NCBI GenBank assembly: GCA_964371235.1
Contig: CAYJMW010000008.1
Span: 11,055 to 75,054 of the forward strand
Source of the DNA: an uncultured Polaromonas sp.
Lineage (GTDB): Bacteria; Pseudomonadota; Gammaproteobacteria; Burkholderiales; Burkholderiaceae_C
Reading direction: 5' to 3'
DNA: 64,000 nt
Of this stretch, positions 59,214 to 64,000 are shown piece after piece. A program made the translations under genes and the position numbers. Every line of letters starts with the position of its first letter. Position 1 is the stretch's first letter. Below the pieces are notes generated by a model. That model did not search any database. It was not told the origin of the DNA and saw only the letters and a program-made list of their open reading frames with translations.

Positions 59214-60722
59214 ATGGAACAAACCGACCCCCCGCCGCATGGCTTGCCGCTTGATGCCCAGAGCATTCTGGCGCTGGCCGCGCGCTCCATGTTTGATCTG
59301 TTTGCCAACGCCAGTGAAGGCATGATGCTGGTGGACCGCAATGCGCGCGTGGTCTGGATCAACGATCAATACAAGCGGTTTTTGCCCGCGTTGGGGTTTG
59401 AGCGGGTTGAAGATTTTGTCGGCCACCCGGTGGCCAGCGTGGTGCAAAACACCCAGATGCATCAGGTGCTGGAAAGTGGCAAGCCAATCCTGATCGATTT
59501 GCTCAGCAACCGTGCCGGCACTTTTGTCGTCAGCCGCATTCCGTTGCGTGACAACCTGGGCGAGGTGATTGGCGCATTGGGCATTGTGTTGTTTGACCAT
59601 GCCGAAACCAGCCTGCAACCTTTGGTCGGCAAGTTTTCCCTGTTGCAGCGCGACCTTGACGACGTGCGCCGTGAACTGGCCAGCCAGCGCAGCAGCCAGC
59701 GAATGAGCCAGCGCAATGGCCAGCGCCAGTCCAGGTACACGTTCGCCAGTTTTGTCGGCACCAGCCCCGCTGCGGTCGAGGTCAAACGCCAGGCTCGCCG
59801 GGCGGCGCAAACCGCCAGTCCGGTGCTGCTGCTGGGAGAAACCGGCACCGGCAAGGAACTGCTGGCGCACGCCATTCACGCCTCATCGGCGCGGGCGGAC
59901 GGCCCTTTCATCAGCCTGAACATTGCGGCGGTGCCCGACAACCTGCTGGAAGCCGAGTTTTTTGGCGTGGCGCCGGGTGCGTACACCGGCGCGGATCGAA
60001 AGGGGCGCGACGGCAAGTTCAAGCTCGCCGACGGCGGCACCCTGTTTCTTGACGAAATTGGCGACATGCCGCAAGCACTGCAGGTCAAGCTGCTGCGCGC
60101 CTTGCAGGAGGGTGAGATCGAGCCGCTCGGCTCGAACAGGCTGCAGCTCTTTGATGCGCGGGTCATCGCCGCCACCTCGCGTGACCTGGCGGCCCTGGTG
60201 CGCGAAGGCAAGTTTCGCGAGGACCTTTTTTACCGCCTCAATGTGCTGCCGATCCGCGTGCCGCCCCTGCGCGAGCGGCGCGCCGACATTCCGGCGCTGC
60301 TGGAGGTGCTGGGCGAGGACATGGCGCTGCGCAGCGGCGAGCAGCCGCCCGAACTGGCTCCCGATGCGCTGGCCCTGCTGTCGGCGCAAACCTGGCGCGG
60401 CAACATTCGCGAATTGCGCAATGTGCTCGAGCAAGCCGCGATGCGCAGCGACTCCCTGACCATCAGTCGTGCACAGTTTGTTGAAGTGCTCAAGGATGCT
60501 GGCATTGAACAGGTTGCGCCCGAGATGCTGGCAGGGTTTGGCGACAGCGCGGAGCAGGGCCAGCCGGATGCCCTGAGACCGCTGGCTGAACAGGTGGCGC
60601 AGGTAGAGCGGCGGGCTATTGCGGCCGCCTTGCTGGCAACCCAGGGCAATAAACTGGCGGCCTCCCGCTTGCTCGGTATTTCGCGCGCCAAGCTCTATGA
60701 ACGTCTCGAAAACCCTGTATAA
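59214..60722 (+). CDS. sigma54-dependent enhancer-binding protein (PAS-AAA+-Fis HTH)
   Basis: GETGTGKE, GAYTGA, LFLDEIGD, RVIAATS, DLFYRLNV, WRGNIREL and GNKLAASRLLGISRAKLY. Confidence 0.93.
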   Translation: MEQTDPPPHGLPLDAQSILALAARSMFDLFANASEGMMLVDRNARVVWINDQYKRFLPALGFERVEDFVGHPVASVVQNTQMHQVLESGKPILIDLLSNRAGTFVVSRIPLRDNLGEVIGALGIVLFDHAETSLQPLVGKFSLLQRDLDDVRRELASQRSSQRMSQRNGQRQSRYTFASFVGTSPAAVEVKRQARRAAQTASPVLLLGETGTGKELLAHAIHASSARADGPFISLNIAAVPDNLLEAEFFGVAPGAYTGADRKGRDGKFKLADGGTLFLDEIGDMPQALQVKLLRALQEGEIEPLGSNRLQLFDARVIAATSRDLAALVREGKFREDLFYRLNVLPIRVPPLRERRADIPALLEVLGEDMALRSGEQPPELAPDALALLSAQTWRGNIRELRNVLEQAAMRSDSLTISRAQFVEVLKDAGIEQVAPEMLAGFGDSAEQGQPDALRPLAEQVAQVERRAIAAALLATQGNKLAASRLLGISRAKLYERLENPV

Positions 60723-60758
60723 AAATAATACATGTGTCTTAAAATTAATCAACTTTAC

Positions 60759-60775
60759 TGTCTGCTAATTAGACA
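60759..60775. promoter_or_regulatory. candidate upstream activator sequence
   Basis: TGTCT-GCTAATT-AGACA palindrome, ~50 bp upstream of the -24 box. Confidence 0.55.
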
Positions 60776-60824
60776 AACTGATCGCTTTATATAAAAAATC
60801 CATATTTATCAATGGGCTGAATGC

Positions 60825-60840
60825 TGGCACAAGATGTGCA
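60825..60840 (+). promoter_or_regulatory. sigma54 -24/-12 promoter
   Basis: TGGCAC-AAGAT-GTGCA; GG (60826-27) and GC (60838-39) at canonical spacing. Confidence 0.72.
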
Positions 60841-60875
60841 TTGTTGTTCCGGCAATCTACAACAGGAGACATATC

Positions 60876-62063
60876 ATGCATCGTCGCACTTTGCTCGCGC
60901 TTGCCGCGTTCGCCACCACCTTTGCGTCCAGCGCTGCCTTCAGTCAGTCCGGAGAAATCCGCATCGGCCACATCTACAGCAAGACCGGCCCACTCGAAGC
61001 CTACGGCAAACAAACCGCCACCGGTTTCATGATGGGCCTGGACTACGCCACCGGCGGCACCATGATGGTGGCCGGTAAAAAAATTGTCGTGATTGAAAAA
61101 GACGACCAGGGCAAGCCCGACCTGGGCAAGTCGCTGCTGGCCGCAGCCTATTCAGACGACAAGGTGGACTTGGCCGTCGGCCCGACCTCGTCCGGGGTTG
61201 CGCTGGCGCTGCTGCCGGTGGCTGAAGAATACAAAAAAATCCTGCTGGTCGAGCCCGCCGTGGCCGACTCCATTACCGGTGAGAAGTGGAACAAATACAT
61301 TTTTCGCACCGGCCGCAACAGCTCGCAGGATGCGATTTCCAATGCTGTGGCGCTGGACAAACCGGGCACGGTGATCGCCACCCTGGCGCAGGACTACGCG
61401 TTTGGCCGTGATGGTGTCAAAGCCTTCAAGGGCGCCATCAAAAAAGCCAAGCTGGTGCATGAAGAATATCTGCCGACCGGCACCACTGACTTCACCGCCG
61501 GCGCGCAGCGCCTGATCGACAAACTCAAGGATCAACCCGGGCGCAAGGTCATTTTCATTATCTGGGCCGGTGCCGGCAACCCGTTCAAGATTGCGGACAT
61601 GGACCTCAAGCGCTACGGCATCGAAATTGCCACCGGTGGCAACATCTTGCCGGCCATGGCCAGCTACAAGAACTTCCCCGGCATGGAAGGTGCGGCCTAC
61701 TACTACTTCGGCATTCCGAAAAACGCTGTCAACGAAGCCATGGTCTCGCGCCACTACAGCCAGTTCAAGGCCCCACCGGACTTTTTCACCGCTGGTGGCT
61801 TCTCCGCTGCCATGGCCGTCGTCACGGCGCTGAAAAACAGCAAGGGTGATGCCAGCGCCAACACGCTGATCAAGACCATGGAGGGCATGAGTTTTGACAC
61901 GCCCAAAGGCAAGATGACGTTCCGCAAGGAAGACCATCAGGCGATGCAGAGCATGTACCACTTCAAGATCAAGGTGGACCCGGCCTTCGCCTGGGGCGTG
62001 CCTGAGCTCGTGCATGAGATCAAGGCCGAAGAGATGGATGTCCCGATCCGCAACAAGCGGTAG
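60876..62063 (+). CDS. ABC transporter substrate-binding protein (LivJ/HAAT fold)
   Basis: Signal peptide; IGHIYSKTGPL, KDDQGKPD, VEPAVADSITG and DYAFGRD. Confidence 0.9.
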   Translation: MHRRTLLALAAFATTFASSAAFSQSGEIRIGHIYSKTGPLEAYGKQTATGFMMGLDYATGGTMMVAGKKIVVIEKDDQGKPDLGKSLLAAAYSDDKVDLAVGPTSSGVALALLPVAEEYKKILLVEPAVADSITGEKWNKYIFRTGRNSSQDAISNAVALDKPGTVIATLAQDYAFGRDGVKAFKGAIKKAKLVHEEYLPTGTTDFTAGAQRLIDKLKDQPGRKVIFIIWAGAGNPFKIADMDLKRYGIEIATGGNILPAMASYKNFPGMEGAAYYYFGIPKNAVNEAMVSRHYSQFKAPPDFFTAGGFSAAMAVVTALKNSKGDASANTLIKTMEGMSFDTPKGKMTFRKEDHQAMQSMYHFKIKVDPAFAWGVPELVHEIKAEEMDVPIRNKR

Positions 62064-62180
62064 CAGGGCACCAGACCGCGCGAGGCACAAAGCCTCGCCC
62101 TTACCAGGCGTTGGATAAAACCCCCGGAGATACGGGGGAAGAGCGTCGTTTTGTCAAAAAACAGCCAGGAGTCAATCAAC

Positions 62181-63647
62181 ATGACATTCAAACTTCTTCG
62201 TGCTTTCGCCGCGGCAGCAGCGCTGGCTTGCAGCGTAGCCTCGGCAGCCGTCAACTTGCCGCAACTGAACATTGACCCGGCCCAGACCACCGTATCCGGG
62301 CTTTCGGCCGGCGGCTTCATGGCGGTACAACTGCACGTTGCATATTCGGCCACGTTCAAAAAAGGTGCCGGCATCGTGGCCGGTGGCCCGTTCTATTGCG
62401 CTGAAGGCAGCGTCGTCAATGCCACCGGGCGCTGCATGGCCAGCCCTTCGGGAATTCCCGTCAGCACCCTGGTCAGCACCACCAACAACTGGGCACAGCA
62501 GGGACTGATTGACCCGGTTTCCAACCTGCAGGGCTCAAAGGTTTACATGTTCTCGGGCACGCTGGACAGCGTCGTCAAGCCCGGCGTGATGGATGCGCTC
62601 AAGACCTACTACAACAGCTTTGTGCCAGCTGCGAATGTTGTTTATAAAAAGGACATCGCCGCCGAACACGCGATGATCACCGACGACTACGGCAGCACCT
62701 GTTCCACCAAGGGCGCGCCCTACATCAATGACTGCAACTTCGACCTGGCCGGTGCAATCCTGCAACAGCTGTATGGCACGCTGAACCCCCGCAACAGCAA
62801 CGCGCTGCCCAGTGGCAACTTCGTCGAGTTCTACCAGAGCCAGTTCATCACCAACCACGGGATGGCAAGCACCGGCTGGGCCTACATTCCGCAGGCCTGC
62901 TCGTCCGGCGAGCAGTGCCGGCTGCACGTAGTGCTCCATGGCTGCAAGCAGAACGTCAACGACGTGCAGCAGCAGTACGTGCGCAACACCGGCTACAACC
63001 GCTGGGGCGACACCAACAAGATCGTGATGTTGTACCCGCAGACCAGCCTGGCCGCCACCAACAGTTGCTGGGACTGGTGGGGCTATGACAGCGCCAACTA
63101 TGCCAAGAAGTCCGGCCCGCAGATGGCTGCGATCAAAGCCATGGTGGACCAGGTTTCCGCCGGTGGCAGCACCCCGCCGCCCCCGCCGCCTTCGGGCCTG
63201 CCCGCCCCGACCGGCGTCACCACCTCAAACGCCACCACCAGCAGCATGACCATCAACTGGGGTGCCGTGACTGGCGCGGCCAGCTACAACGTCTATCGCA
63301 ACGCCAACAAAACCAATGCACTGCCCGTGACGACCACCAATTTCACCGACACTGGCCTGTCCGCGGCCACGCAGTACAGCTGGACGGTGAATGCGGCTGA
63401 CAGCAATGGAGTCGAAGGCGCGGCATCCGCCGCGGCCGTCGGAACCACCACGGGAGCGGCTCCCCCGCCGGCGACCTGCTACACGGCGTCGAACTACGCC
63501 CACACCACGGCAGGGCGCGCTCACCAGTCGTGGGGCATCACCTATGCGAACGGGTCCAACCAGTTCATGGGCCTGTGGAACATTTTCACGGTCCAGACGC
63601 TGAAGATGACGGACGTGAACTACTACGTTGTCGGCACCTGCCCCTGA
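62181..63647 (+). CDS. phaZ: extracellular PHB depolymerase (catalytic domain, Fn3 linker, substrate-binding domain)
   Basis: Signal peptide; N-terminal lipase box GLSAG; AGGPFYCA, LHGCKQ, NSCWDWWGY; Pro-rich linker; Fn3; C-terminal CYTASNYAH..AGRA...YANGSNQ.MGL...GTCP. Confidence 0.9.
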   Translation: MTFKLLRAFAAAAALACSVASAAVNLPQLNIDPAQTTVSGLSAGGFMAVQLHVAYSATFKKGAGIVAGGPFYCAEGSVVNATGRCMASPSGIPVSTLVSTTNNWAQQGLIDPVSNLQGSKVYMFSGTLDSVVKPGVMDALKTYYNSFVPAANVVYKKDIAAEHAMITDDYGSTCSTKGAPYINDCNFDLAGAILQQLYGTLNPRNSNALPSGNFVEFYQSQFITNHGMASTGWAYIPQACSSGEQCRLHVVLHGCKQNVNDVQQQYVRNTGYNRWGDTNKIVMLYPQTSLAATNSCWDWWGYDSANYAKKSGPQMAAIKAMVDQVSAGGSTPPPPPPSGLPAPTGVTTSNATTSSMTINWGAVTGAASYNVYRNANKTNALPVTTTNFTDTGLSAATQYSWTVNAADSNGVEGAASAAAVGTTTGAAPPPATCYTASNYAHTTAGRAHQSWGITYANGSNQFMGLWNIFTVQTLKMTDVNYYVVGTCP

Positions 63648-63680
63648 ACCCGCCCTGTGGATTGACTGGAGACACCGAGT

Positions 63681-64000
63681 TTGTTAGCCACCAAAGACTT
63701 GACCATCCGATTCGGCGGGCACGTGGCGGTCAATGCTGTCAGTTGCGCCTTTGCGCCTGGCACATTGACCGCCATCGTCGGCCCCAACGGCGCGGGCAAG
63801 ACGACGTATTTCAACCTGATTTCGGGTCAGCTCAGGGCCAGCAGCGGCAGCGTCACGCTCGGTGGCCAGGACATCTCGGCACTGAGCGCCTCGGCGCGCA
63901 CGCGTGCCGGGCTGGGCCGGGCGTTTCAGTTGACCAACCTCTTTCCCAACCTGACGGTGCTGGAAAACGTGCGTCTGGCGGTGCAGGCAACGCGCCAGGG
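63681..64000 (+). CDS. ABC transporter ATP-binding protein (LivG-like), partial
   Basis: TTG after GGAGA; LTIRFGG..AV, Walker A GPNGAGKTT and RAFQLTNLF; runs off the window. Confidence 0.9.
   Translation, partial: MLATKDLTIRFGGHVAVNAVSCAFAPGTLTAIVGPNGAGKTTYFNLISGQLRASSGSVTLGGQDISALSASARTRAGLGRAFQLTNLFPNLTVLENVRLAVQATRQ

Overview
GC-rich betaproteobacterial chromosome segment; gene content and order suggest Comamonadaceae, probably Polaromonas-like. Most of it is core genome: mutL, dedA, amiC, tsaE, queG, xerD, hslO, ftsB-eno-kdsA-pyrG, coaBC-dut, bamC-dapA, parE-parC, comEC and hslR. Accessory modules lie between these: an RraA-like/DHDPS-like aldolase pair, two TAXI-TRAP transporters, a HEPN/MNT toxin-antitoxin-like pair, a sigma54-driven ATP-grasp/alpha-E/transglutaminase operon followed by a solo nucleotidyltransferase, a tctDE-tctCBA tricarboxylate locus with a frameshifted kinase, and a sigma54-activated ABC operon containing a secreted PHB depolymerase. 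The most striking unexplained signal is a degenerate ~55-bp element (RCTMY-N7-RKAGY core, then N21-GGC, then a T/A-rich end) found 8 times. Six copies lie fully inside protein-coding genes with the frame intact. Some look like insertions in linkers (mutL, comEC). Others appear to be written over conserved coding sequence (coaBC, a methyltransferase, the transglutaminase). No tRNA, rRNA, CRISPR array, transposase or integrase gene other than chromosomal xerD was found. All calls come from reading the sequence by eye; no searches were run.
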